DNA of 64,000 bases from Trichosphaerium sp. ATCC 40318 (Eukaryota > Protista > Tubulinea). This document shows, one piece after another, positions 13,518 to 26,539 of the stretch (position 1 is the first letter of the stretch; each line of letters begins with the position of its first letter). The stretch lies in the NCBI GenBank assembly GCA_038496445.1, contig JALMLS010000341.1, positions 1-64,000 of the forward strand. The letters are read 5' to 3'. Made by a program: the position numbers and the translations under genes. Below the pieces are notes generated by a model. That model saw only the letters and a program-made list of their open reading frames with translations. It ran no database searches and had not been told where the DNA came from.

Positions 13518-13985
13518 CAAGGTTGTGTCTAGCTAACTCAAGGGGTAGTGGCTGACTTGCACTTCGCTCGTCTTGGTTTTCAAGTACGCTGTAGATTGAG
13601 TTAAGACTAACTCGAGGGTAGTGGCTCTCTTGGGCTTCGCTTGGTACTGGTTATTTTGAACGCTGTTTGATTGAATAGTGGAATTTAGTAAAATACAATG
13701 TAATACTGGCTAAATGTTATAAGCTAGTGCACTTGCACAGTTTCCTACCTCACACACAGGGTGATTACTCGAAATATGAAACTGTGGTTGATTGACTTCC
13801 AAACCAGAGAAAGGTTGTGTCTAGGTAACTTAGGGTAGTGGCTTGTGTAACGCTCCAGATGTATTACTCGAATTATCACGTGACTTAAACTTAAACTTGT
13901 ACTTAATAAACAGCTGTTTTACTTACTATCAACGCCGTTCCTCCAAAGAACCTTACAGCTGGCTTGAACTTCGCTGGTTCTTGGC
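13518..13985. repeat. Degenerate ~70-bp direct repeats, 3-4 partial copies
   Basis: AAGGTTGTGTCTAG-TAACT-AGGGTAGTGGCT at 13519 and 13811; CTAACTC-AGGG-TAGTGGCT..CTTCGCT..CGCTGT..GATTGA at ~13533 and ~13607. Confidence 0.65.
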
Positions 13986-14385
13986 TATCTGGTGCGTTTT
14001 CGGGAGAATTTCCTTCGAACAACCTTGTTCGAAAAAAATAGGAAGCATTTACATTATCTCAACACCACGTCGCTGTCGCAGCGTACAACTCAAATTAAGT
14101 TTTTTGAGCTGTCACGTGATAAAAAAGAGCCAAAAGGCACGTATCAACCTGCTTTTATTTTAATTATACACAAAACCGCTCTATGCGGTTGTGGAGCTTG
14201 AGTATTTGGGTAAATTGTTGAAGAAAAACACAGGAACGCAAAAACAACTTACGACTGTTTACTCGCGCAAGTAAATAAACAGCTTCCCCGCGAACCGGCT
14301 CGGACTCGGAATGCTCAACTCACAATATTCAAGTATCGACGTCAGTAGCCACAGCTCATGTCAAACAACAATAAAGGGATTTGGC

Positions 14386-14447
14386 GAAAAGGCAACACAT
14401 TACAGAACATTAGATCCCTGTAATGTTCTGTAATGTGTTGCCTTTTC
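14386..14447. repeat. Perfect inverted repeat: 27-bp stem, 8-nt loop
   Basis: GAAAAGGCAACACATTACAGAACATTA-gatccctg-TAATGTTCTGTAATGTGTTGCCTTTTC. Confidence 0.95.
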
Positions 14448-15029
14448 AAAAGAGCCAAAAGAGAATTGGCGTTTCTCCATGACCAACTGTCTAAAATACA
14501 CGGATACAATCAAGTCACTGCTGTATCAGCACAACTTGTATGCAATGACGTCTTACGTAGAAACTTTGGCATGTACAACACAAAACTTAAGGTCGAGTTG
14601 AGCTGAGCCAAGACGACTTCAAAAAACCATGTGTAAATAAATTCAATAAAACCAATTTTCCTTGTTTTTCTCATTTTATTTTAAATGCACAAACTTGTAT
14701 TGATGGCTAGGAGGGTTTATGCAACACAATCTGATGTTTGATCTGCTCTTGGTTTGATTTTGTTCAGAATGTTGGTTTTTTTTTGCGTCTAGACTCCGAA
14801 CCGATTTCAACATTGATATAGGCGTGGCATATGTTAAGTTTTACTTGAAAATGCCTTGCCTAACCATCAAACCTTCACGTGCATTAAATGGTGTTGCCAT
14901 CCAGGGCATGACGATACAATTTACGATCACGTTCACAATAGTTTTGAGTTTAGGCACTATTCGAAACGTGGTGGATTGAACCAAAACTGACTCTTTTTTA
15001 AAAAAATACTACAAGTTCGTAAAAGTCAT

Positions 15030-16037
15030 TTATAGTCCATTAAGTAATAACATGATAATAGCACAAAACAATAGAACACAAATCACACATAGCTCCCATA
15101 TCTGGCTTTGTTGTTCTGAAATAATTTTCTCGCTATCGCATACTTTTTGCTTGAGTGTGCGCACTTGCTCACATTCGAGAGCGTGTCCCCTTTTGTTGAA
15201 ATGTTTATGGAACACCTCTTTGCGTGATTTCAGTATCTCGACACGTACTGGCTGTGTTGCAGCGCGCTCATCACCACATTTAGAGGCTTGAGGGTGTAAG
15301 CCCTGCTTACAAGGCGGATTATGTGAGCACTTATTCCAATTGAAGTTGAAGTATCTATAAAACAGTTAACATTAACTTCACCAAGGGGAGATACAACATT
15401 AAATAAATAACGGGTTTTGGTTTTTTGTGCCGAATTTTTGACTTTTTTTTGACAAAATTCTACATATTTGGGCTTCCGCAAACACGTACTTTTTACCGTC
15501 AACTTTTCTCCAACCACTTTCGCGTTCCGAATGAGTAGACTCCCAGCATTGATAAACACAGTGTAGCTCAGATAAATACACATTACCGCGGTATACGCCT
15601 GGTAGCCATTTCCAATCTGTACCATCTTCATTGCGATCGTAGATTGATATACCATTTGTAGCGAGTGCAATATGCGTGATTGAGTACTTAATATCGCTGG
15701 CCGGCCTAATGAAGGGCCTGTTGTCGGTATTTTGGTACTTTCCATTGGCAGTGATGCATTCCAACGGATCCTCCCGCTTTTGCGTTAATAAGCAATTGAG
15801 CAAAATAGGCAGGTTTTTTAGTCCTATTTCTCTAGCATCGGGAGTGCAAGGGTCTCTTCCATTTTCGTTGTTACGTGCGTGTATGAACCATTCTCTTCCA
15901 GGGTAATGCCGACCCCTGCGGTAGCGTAATGCTTCAATTAAGGTCACTGTTGGTTTTTCATCTGTTTCTTTTTTGTAGAATAGAGTACCAGCCCATGCGC
16001 TGTTGTCAGTTTCTTGAAGAGAGTGTTCGCGTGCCAT
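15030..16037 (-). CDS. His-Cys-box (zf-His_Me_endon / I-PpoI-like) endonuclease-related protein, apparently catalytically degenerate, with C-terminal coiled coil and TM helix (290 aa, 2 exons)
   Basis: A phase-2 intron 15489-15355 (GTACGT..TTATAG) joins ORF 15399-16037 to the frame ending at 15030, giving ..KYSITHIALATNG..YLSELHCVYQCWESTHSERES..NWNKCSHNPPC..LCVICVLLFCAIIMLLLNGL*. Confidence 0.6.
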
Positions 16038-16462
16038 GTTGTTGTTGTTGTTGGGTTGGAAAATAAATGACTAGCCTCATGATTGATCAAGAGTGATTTT
16101 ATTCATGAGTTTTCAGTGATTGGTTTTTTTACATTTCGCTCACAAAGTTCGCTTAGAGTTATGAAACTAATGGCTTGGATTTTCAAGGGGAAAACAACTT
16201 GGCTTAGGCTTGGCCAAGGCAACATAAATACACTCTTTGTTAGGTTGTAAGTCTCCTGCACATATCACTTTACTTTCAAAGACAATAATATGGACGCTCC
16301 ATTCGAGGTATTGCTGCAACACAAGTAATCGAGTTGTTCATAGGTAACTAAGTGCTGTCATGGTGAACCGTCTTCAAAAGCTTTTCGTAGAAGCAACAAG
16401 GACTTAATAGACATAGCTTACAGTCTCAATAACAAACAAGCAAATATTAAACAATATTTTAA

Positions 16463-17386
16463 TCACATTACAATACATCCACGCTGTTTGCGTTTTGGTG
16501 GTACTGAAGCTTGGAGTTTATCAAATTTACAAATCTCTCTTACAACTTCATAAAACTGTTCATCAACATTGACACGTGTTTTGGCAGATGCTTCAAAAAA
16601 TACACATTCATTCTTTTGTGCAAGTTCCTTTCCTTCTTCTGTTGTTACTTGTCTATCTTCTTCCAAGTCCACTTTATTTCCCACTAGTACAATAGGAGCT
16701 CTGTCTGTATCTTTTACCCTGTACACAAACGCTTAGTTAAAAACTGTTTTCATTAATAATATCAAACAACTGTTGCTATTGTGGGTTACAACCAAATAGC
16801 CAGACCCAAGCATCTGTTTTTAACTATGTGAAAAAGTGGAAACTATCGAGATATTTTGAAAAGACTAGGGCAGGTTCGCTTTTGAGACAGTTTCAAGAAA
16901 TTTTGTGAAAAAGTGTCAAATTTTTTGAAAAGCGATGCCGTAGACTATTTCTGTTACCTGTAAATAACGTCAAAGAAGTTAGGCATCTCTTCAAATGATA
17001 GTCTGTCTGTGGTGCTATACATTAAAATAAAGCCTTGACCATGTCGAATATACTACAACCGTTAGAATATTCAGCTTGCTTAAGCGTTATTTAATTACCG
17101 AGTCACGCATACAAGAGAACTCTTCAGGTCCCGCTGTATCAAGAATATCAAGTAAGACAGGTTTGTCGTCTATGGTGACTTGCTTGCGATACCTTAGCGC
17201 GTGAGTGAGCGTTTAGAGTTTGTTTTAAGCTGTTTTCCTCCTTTTTACATTAAAACAGCAAAATACGTACGAATCTTCTATGGTTGGGTCGTATTCCTCT
17301 AGAAATACATTTTGAACGAGTTGTATTGTTGTTACTGATTTTCCAACGCCTCCAGGGCCCAATAAGACGATTTTATAGGTATTCAT
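16463..17386 (-). CDS. Ras-family small GTPase (4 exons) with a Q61P-equivalent substitution
   Basis: [17 protein letters not shown], effector [26 protein letters not shown], CaaX CIVM. Confidence 0.92.
16734..16826. mobile_element. Possible MITE-like insert in the last Ras intron
   Basis: 11-bp terminal inverted repeats TAGTTAAAAAC/GTTTTTAACTA with an internal hairpin (GCTATT..AATAGC); the intron is much longer than its neighbours. Confidence 0.3.
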
Positions 17387-18308
17387 ATCAGTATGTACCT
17401 TGTGAGGTGTCGTTTGTTAATTTTACGGAAGTGTGTACCAACTTAATTTAACTCATTTCATTGAATTCTATTTTAATAGACATGAAAGGAAGTTGTTAGT
17501 TTATTAGACTGTAATGCTCCCATACACATTTTGCAATACCATACGATCTCCACCTTCTTTTGGCATTTTGTCTAAACCTCGAGTTGTGCGGATTTCTAGC
17601 AGTAATTTCTTTGGTAAGTCACGAACTCGATATTAAAATCTGTCACGAAACCCTCTATATTTAACTGATAGTAATATTTCGCCAGCAGGAGATAAAGTAG
17701 ATGATACATATCTCATACAAGGCCATTGTAATTCAGCTATTTTGTTCTGGATAGGTATTTTTTGAAATTTCTATGCATGGGCATTCGACTCTATTCGTAC
17801 TGGGATATTGCATTACACATCTCCATATGTTCATTAAGCTTAGGAATCTCCGGAACTGTCTGAGATCCGATAACGCCTTTGGGTCAAATTAGTAAATAGC
17901 TTGTCACTTAAAGGTGATCAATGTACTTTTAAGTTATTGCTTTTCCTTGACTCCAGGTGACAACCAATCTGTTGGTCCGAAGTACCCTGATAGGTATTTT
18001 ACATACCTTGAACTATGTTCAACTGGCCGAGACGAAGTCACCTTTGAAACAAACTTAGAAGGTAAAAAAAAGGGTGTGAACTTTAGGTTCAACGGAAGAT
18101 TTTGGCACTTCACGGTACGACGTCGACCACTCATGTTCGCCTGAGTTGTTTAACCGATTGCAACAAATGGGGACACCTCAACCACTACAATATAAAAAGT
18201 ACAATAGAAGTTCTTAATTATTGGCAATGAAATTAAATAGGTTTATTTTTTGAAAAGAAAAAAAGATGATTCGTTTTCTAGTGTTTAAATAAGTGTTAAA
18301 GAGGGCTT

Positions 18309-21300
18309 TTACTTCCACGTTATTGATCCAATATTACCATTATCCTTTGCACCCTATTGCAATTACATTAACAATCGAACATGTATAAAAATAGACATAC
18401 GTCTAATCGAGTTGTAATGAGTTTGCACTGTTGATTATCACGACCAAAATTAGTGAATATTTTAGTGAGCAGTGTTGTTGGACCAGTCAGCGAAGCATTG
18501 TTCTGAGCAAAGTAGTTTGTCTTGACTCTAAAGTCTCCTGGGAATGCTTTTTTGATGAGATACTCTTCAGGACCTAAACAAACAGTTAGAAACAAATAAA
18601 CATACAAATAGCCTACCATATCCTCGTGTGAAATCACGTGAACAAAAGCCACCTGCACTTGTCCTTCTATGACCATAGTATGCCTCTTCTCCATTTGGTT
18701 CAATCACTATTGAATACACGTTAATAGTAGATACACATAACAGTTACTTACCATGAAGATCCATGTCGGTGTTATCTGTGTCCCATTGGAGTGTGATACG
18801 AACATCAACATCCAGATTTTTAACAAGTTCGTTTGGTAATTCTTCTGGGATTTCAAGGTCTTTCCCTTCTCTCTTAGCTTTTGCCACAATACTATTGAAC
18901 TCATAAAGTGCAGTTACTTGAACGAAATGTCAGCAATAAAACGAGTAAATTGACCACAGGTGTACCTTCTATTTCAATAAAAGCACTGTTCCAGTTTGGT
19001 CCTTTGATCACTTTCCAGAGTAGTTCAATGGCTCTTTGGTATTTTCCAACCTTTTCCAAGACAAGAGCAAGATCTCTGTAGCTCTGAGGTTCATCAGGAC
19101 GAAGAGTCAGAACTTGTTCAAAGATGAGAATAGACAAATCGTATGCTTCCTAAAAAAAACAACATAAGTCCAATGTCTTCTCAATAGAACTGTCTCGCTT
19201 ACTTTCTCGTCCAAGAGGTACCCCATCATACGTAGAAGTTGAGGACTATCCAAACGCAACTCACTTATTGATGATAGAATACGTACACCGATATCTCTTT
19301 CGTTGATAGAAAAGAAATGGTGAGCGACATCAAGGTAAAATGCAGGTGAGTTTCTGTATTTTTCACGTTGATCCAAGTAGCAATGATACTTGTCTTCTGA
19401 CTTTGAGTGTTTCTTTATCGCAGCTAAATAAAAAAGAACTCAAGTTAGATACATGAAAACACGTGAACTCTTAATTAAGTTATTAGTTAAATACTTACTC
19501 ATGTAAGGTGTCTTAGGGTCCCAGAATTGTACTTTGATTGAAGGTGCTGATGATTTTGAAGATGATTTTGATTTCTTTTTCTTATTCCTTGCTCCTGATG
19601 CCATTTTTTCCATTTCTTCTTCTTCTTTTTCGTAAGCACCTTCATCACAATCATCATCGTCGCCTTCTGAGCACTCGTCTGAAGAGGCTGATGAAGAGCA
19701 ATCTGATCCCAATGCACAACCAAATCCTGCTTTTTTATTTTTATAACCAGAAGCCTATTTACAAACATTCAGCATACGGTTTGATACAATAGCGTACGTC
19801 ATAAGTTGTGTTCCACCAGTTTATTCTAGTCAACCACCATTCCTTTTATACATAAGCAAAGGGGAAAGAATACTCTTAAACAATGAAATGGTGCGTTTTT
19901 GCCAAATCACGTGATTTTGTAATAACTGAGAAATAAGAAGAAACGTACTTTGACTTGAGCTATCTTTTTTGCAGTCTGTTCTCGTTCAACTTTCTCATCG
20001 CTTTGTTTTTGATCCATGTAACTCTTGTACATTTCTTTACGCAGTTTATTTGGAACAACTTTATGTTCCAAGTGTTGTTGTAGTGTCTCGAGAACAAGTA
20101 GAGATGTACCAGGTGTAACAACACCAAAGGTTCTGCCAAGGTGAAGCATTGCATCTTTGTTTTGTTCTTTGAAAACAGTCAAAACATCAACCTTCTTGTT
20201 GGCATACAACAACGGAATTAGACCTAAACATTGATCCATTAATATCTAGTTGTGAACCTAACTTTAATTCATACCTGACTCAGTAATATCACTGGTATCA
20301 ACTTCGATCGTAGTGGTATGTCGTACATCGTGTTTACCATAGCCGTAGTTGATTTTAAAAGTGGTTTGTTTACCTTTTGTGAGATCCAACTTGCAAGCAA
20401 ACACAAAGTGTCTTCCTGTAAGAGGTGTCATCAAAGGTGGAACAACTTCAGCGAGCATATCCTCATTTTCAGATGTGATAGAAACAAAGGCTAGAGATAT
20501 CTTGCCCAAACTGGCAACAGAATCACGAACATCACTTGTTGTGACATCAAAGTATCTAAAGCAAAGTAATAAGGAACATATCATGAATACGTTTAGTGTT
20601 TTGATATCACGTGCCTTCCTCCTGTAGAATTTGCCCAATGTTTTAAAAGAGTGGTATTTGTTGCAGGGCCAGAGCCGGAGAACACATAAACAGGAGGAAC
20701 TGTGTCAATGTTAGGAGACTTGAACTGTTTAAATGGTGGCGTACCCTTTGGGTCAGCAACAAACTTGGCGTCATCGTCTCCAATAGATCCCATGCCATCG
20801 GTAAATAGCAATACATAGTCATACACGGACAAATCGGATGCAGTGGACATAATTTGAGAAAGTCTCGTACCACCATCGTAATCAATGTTGGCAATAAAGT
20901 CGAACACTTTATCAGGTTTGAATCGCTTTGCTGGTGAGGATGCATGTCGTGTTAGATATACATCAACATCTACAGTATCATCCAGATTGTTCAAGAAAGT
21001 AGCAAGGAACTTAAACTCAGAAGTCTACAAACCCAACAAGTTAGAGAAATGAAATGATACAAAAAAACAACTACAACAAACGATTGGTCAAACGTGCCTT
21101 ATCTACTTTTTCGCGACTTAATGATGCATCCCACACTATTGCCACACATGAAGGATCGACACGCTTTGGTGGTGTAAGATCTACATCTTTTGGGATGGCA
21201 TCTTGGCAAGCCAAATAAAAGTTATCATCAGGACCCTTTTCAATAAATGTTTGAGCTTCTTGTACGTCATCTGTTGGAAACTTTATGATCAATGCATGAT

Positions 21301-23112
21301 CTTTTGGTGAGAAATTCTTCTCTTCGATAGCCAAAGAACAAGCAACAACACCAGCTGATATATCTTGCTTTGTGAATGTATTGCCTTTGAGTGACTCTGT
21401 TACAACTGTAGGAAGAGTTGAGGTTGTTTGAATGATATGAACATTCACAGCAAATCGCTTCAAGGTATCAGAAATGTTGATCGGATGCCTAAAACATAAC
21501 ACCGTTATTTAGATTGTAAAACTCTTTTTTCATCTTCTTCGAACGTACCAATACAAGACCTCTCCTTTGTCATTCCGTACAAGCTCTGAAACATATGTGA
21601 AACGAACTTGTCTTGTACCACCAGCAGCGAATGGGAATATGCGGGTTTTGAATGAATTGCCTCTAACGTGTTCCAAGAGACCAGGATCAACGTCTAAAAC
21701 CGTATGAGTGAACAGAAATCAATCCAGCTGAGAAAAGTTTATCGTACTCTTTCTAACTTCATCTTCAAAGATACGTTTTGCCTTGACCTTCTCTACAAGC
21801 GAAGCAGGTACAAGTGCTCCATCAATGTCTATTGCATAACCAGATATTGTAGCACCAGGAGGAATAGGGAAGTCTAGTTGACCTAAAATGGATTTGTTTA
21901 ATTACGAGATGCAAACTTAAACAAATATTGGGTACCTTCCAAATTAGATTTAGAAGAAGTGTTACGGAATGTCATGGTCACTTCTGTTTTTGTCAAAAAT
22001 CCACTTGCAATTGCATTGACTTCAAGCTCTTCAAGTACAATCGGTTCATCTTTTAAGCTCTTGACAGTAAGCTACAAAGAAATGGTAAACAAAAAAGGAC
22101 TAACAACAAAATACAAAGACTTACAGATACTTTTTCAAGCATAGGTGGAACTGTCCATGAACTGCTTGGAATACCTGCAAATGCATCTCCATAGAACAAG
22201 TCATCACCAATACTTGTATTATCAGTATCAGTATCAGTACCATCAGTACCATCTAAAAGTATGTTAAGTTCGGACTTTTCATGTAAGTTGAAAAATTGAA
22301 AACTGCTTCACGTGATAAAAGTTACCTGAAGTGTCTTCTTCCACAATAATGAATTGCTTTTGATCCAGGATTTTGTTTTGTTGACGCCAGAAAGTAGACA
22401 CCTTTCACAAATGAGAACTAGGTAACAAAATGACAGATATCGCACCTTTAGTTCGTTTGTTTGTACATCAACAGCGTAATCTTTGCTTGATTTCATTGCT
22501 TTGTTCGAACTGTCACTTGTCTTTGTAGATTCCTTGCCAACAAGTTCCAAAGTGAGCGATATTTTACCAACAGCTTGTACTTTCTTTCCTTTGCTTTTCA
22601 GAGGGAAGTCTTGTTTGATTGGTTTGCCTACCACGTGTTATCAATGTGTTAACCTTTCACTGTCGCACCTTCCATGTTGTCTTTGTTGAGTTTTACTGTC
22701 ACTTGAGCGATACACTTTGCACTAAAAATGGCTCGTTTCTCAAGTATTCTAACAAGTACACCTTCGCATTTTGACGCTAATCTGATCATAGTTAGTGAAG
22801 GAAAGAGTACCAGTTAAGTGACTTTGTTTGACAAATAGTTCACATTAAGCGTACATTGCTGATTGTAGGTCAAAAGGTGGCTCGAATGTTCCTTTGTGCC
22901 ATGAGGTTTTAAATGATCCTATTTTCTTGGCGTTAGAACTCCGTTAGAGTTTGTTACGAACGAAACGTACCAGCGACGGCACCAGAAGCGTTAATAAAGT
23001 TAACTTCAGCGCATACCTTCTTTTTGCTTGGCAAAACGGCACTGCCAACTACAAAGTACGTTAGAGTACATTAAATACACTAAAAATTCATACCAGTGAC
23101 GCGCAGGTGCAT
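18309..23112 (-). CDS. C2 + VIT + vWA-like + TPR-like + DUF2135(YfaP-like) protein, copy A
   Basis: VIT: [47 protein letters not shown]; vWA-like WDASLSR/YDGGT/LLFTDG; [13 protein letters not shown]; DUF2135 [25 protein letters not shown]; N-terminal C2-like beta domain. Confidence 0.85.
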
Positions 23113-24296
23113 TAGTGAGTGTCTTTAGCGGTTGTGGTTTTTTTTCTTAAGTCCGTTTTGGTTTGGTTCTCGGTTTCCTGTCAAACCATGAAATATTGTA
23201 CGGGCGAAACTATTTATGGCGATTCAAGGGATACCAACGCACGTGATAGTATTGTTTAGTTTTGGATACCACTCAGTCTCCAGCGAAAAATCAGAGAAAC
23301 AATTTTTCTCAAACCAACACTCCCTCAGTTTTTTGTCACGTGACAACTATGGTTGTTTTTTACCGTTCGGTTTTGAACCTTTTCTCAACTTACCAACAAC
23401 AGTGGTCGATTCTTGCAAGATTCAGAAACGTACTTGTTGCCGTAGCGATAGTTTGCTCGCAGTATGCTATTATGGATAGCATTGTGTTTAAGCACGCATC
23501 ATTTCTTCCGCTTGACGTGGTCAGAAAAGTATCCTAAAACCGCACTAAAAGATCGACCCGGTTTACTACGTATACAATTACACTTCCGCACGATTGTAAA
23601 CCATCGTATTATGGATACATACCAATCAACCGCTGCCTTTGAATTACACCAGAGTTTCTACTCGCCATATCATAAAACCTCGCGTACGAGAACGGTAAGT
23701 GAATCTGGAAGCATAAGGAAGATATACAACTTTTCACATGTGTTACAATCAGTACAACCTTCTAGAAATATGTGTTGTCGTTACAGGGCTTAGTTACGCA
23801 TAAATTCAAATACCATCCACTGCAGTATTAATGTGATCTATTTTTTGAATGACAAGGATAGAACGATTGGCATGGGTCAGTCAGCTTCAGTTTTTTTGAA
23901 ATAACTCAAAAAAAAAGGTAAAAATTGCGTTGTTTAATTAATAGTTAGCTGCAAAGACGTACAAATAATTTTTTATTGTACACGCTAGGAAGTGATACCG
24001 CTCTTGAAATGATATGCAAATATAGAGCTCGTCTGTGTATGAACGTCTTCAGCATAATTAGCAACAGTTCTCGAAGTTTATTCCTTGCGGTTATGTTGTT
24101 AGCCTGAGAACACTCTGTGCACTGCTAATGATGCAAACAGCCATACATATATAATTAGGGTCTATAATTAACCTCCATATGGAACAGTAAGTAGTTTGCT
24201 TGCTTAGATGACTATCCAGCACTTATTTTCGAAAGGAGAAAAAACCAGTTGACAACCTTCCGATTGACTGCCATTTGTCAAGCATATCACAATATT

Positions 24297-26539
24297 CTAC
24301 TTGTCTAATAGTGATGACGTGCAACTCAATAAACCACTAAGCAGCATTCTTAATTAGAGAAAGAAAAAAGAAGGAAAACAGCAAAATACTTGCCGTTGTG
24401 AAGAGCGTTTGTTTAGCATAGAAAATAAAGACCATTGCCAATCATATTTCTCATCGTATAGCTTTAACACTTGAGGGAAATAATCTAAAATACCTGCTCC
24501 ACCATTAGCAATAATCTGTGGTCTAGACACACGATACCTAGGAAATATTACTAAGGGTTATAAATAAAAAATTACGAGAACATACCAAGCTTTTGGTTCA
24601 TTTATGTTTAGAATTTGTGCCAAATACTTTATGAACTTTCTCCGCGTTTTTTCTTCCCTCCAGTCACCAAACCTGTGTTGTTGTGGTTCGGTGAACACCG
24701 ACATTGCTGCGGTTACAACACATCCTTTGTATCTACAACCAAGTAGGTACAAGTGCATGATTACGGAAAAAATATGTGACTATTTTCGTACTTTCTCAAA
24801 ATAAACCCAGCTCCATCTCCTAGTTCTCTAACAGATTCTGCACTCACTTTAAACCAATCACTTAACATTTTAACTCCTAGGTCCTCAGCGATGTCATTGA
24901 GTCTTCTTTTCTGATTCTCGAAAGAAGTCCATACAGCTCTCTTTGAAAACCTGCACAGATTATAAAAAAAACGTGATCATTTCGATACTGGAGAAATTTG
25001 GACGAAAATAACGAGATAAGGTGTAAGGAAAATTGCACCAACTTTTTACTACAAGTACTTAGGATTCAACCAAAGCGTACCTGTTTAGCAATGGAACATG
25101 ATCAGGGAAAACACTTTGTAGAGTCAATTTAAGTGAACCATCATATCTAGTAATGTCATTGAGAAGGAAATAAAATTAAATCACAAATACCTCTTCAATA
25201 CTCCAGACAGTGCGTTGAGAAATGCTTGGTCATCTTCAAGTGAAAGAAAGCCGGAAATGTCTTTGACATTAAATTTTTTCGCAACTTTTTGCAAACAATC
25301 TCGTTGTGTATCTATTGAGTACCAATGCCTCTTTGGAGACCGTCTTAACGTATTAATTGTTTAATTGAATACAGAAAACTCAATGAGATGAAGGGAGAAA
25401 ATTACGTACAAAAAAGCGTTAGGGTTCCAGTTGAACTCTGGATAGAGTGCTTTAAGTGTTTTTAAAGTTGAGCCAGCATGTCTATAAAATAGTTACTAAT
25501 TTGGCCTAGTCAAAGGAACTTACTTTGAGATAATACCTCCACCTCCATGTTCACGTATTTGACGACAAGAAATATCAGTACCTATACCATACCAACCACT
25601 TAAATCTTTAATTTTGAGAGCTTCCGCAATATCGTCGAATTTTCTCCGTTGAGCTTCAAGGGTTGGCCAAGAATTCGAGCACGCTTCTTCAACGGGCCAT
25701 GTATATTCATAAAATACATTTTCAAGCATTGAAATTATCGAGCCATACCTATTTTTCAGATAAAGTGATTAATCAAAGTACTTTGCCATAAATTACTGAA
25801 AAACTGAAAAAGTTTTGAAAAATCCTGTCTTAGCAAACGTACTTTTGAAGTAAGTCATCCATATTATGTTTTAAAAACGTAGCACGAGGTACATCAACCA
25901 AGTCAGTTATAAATAAAATATTTTCCTTGAACGCAACACGCTCAATTCTTTTTCGTTCATTTTCATTCCAAAAACAGTTTTGTCTTCTTTTGCAAAAACA
26001 GTTAGTACGACGTCCTTCTACCTTCTTATAAACTCACTCAAGTGCTTCCCAGTTGTAACCAGGGTACAAAGCGCGCAATGCAGAGGAGGAATCGTCATAG
26101 CTGTAACACAAAGTAAGGAAAAGTAACCGAGTTTTCGTTTCTCCGTACTACTGAAGAATTGAACTTGATCCAAAATCACGACATGCTTTAGAACCCATAG
26201 TGAATTCAGGCAAAAGCCTGTTGTTTTATGTTTAAAAAACGGATACTAAAAGGGAAAAAAAATGAACAGAAGAACATGTACCATTCATCAAGAGTTCTAA
26301 CGTTCAAATTTTTAGCAATCTCATTTAACTTTTCTTTCTGGTGTTCTACATTTTCCAAACAACCTTTGGGTGTCTTACTGATACCATTTGAGTAAACTGA
26401 AAGTCGGTTTTTCGAACACGTACTGAAATAATGTTGGTTTCCATACATGCTCGTTATAAACAGCAGAAAGAGTAGTGTAGAGCGAATCGTTATGCCTATT
26501 GTACTTTTTATTTGTTTTGTGGTGAAAAGCAACCGACAT
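24297..26539 (-). CDS. W-rich helical-repeat protein (W..enqr..fd.ia..lnik...dWY..i..gG..l..y.s...L...yp...W repeats); ends approximate
   Basis: Repeats such as WPTLEAQRRKFDDIAEALKIKDLSGWY and WREEKTRRKFIKYLAQILNINEPKAW across many introns; includes a GC-AG intron near 24393. Confidence 0.65.

Noticed and set aside
13518-13985. CRISPR-like array or tRNA-derived SINE
   Set aside because: Units are degenerate and irregularly spaced, with no cas genes and no clear A/B boxes
17470-18140. Possible minus-strand gene between Ras and VIT copy A
   Set aside because: In-frame stops and no recognisable domain
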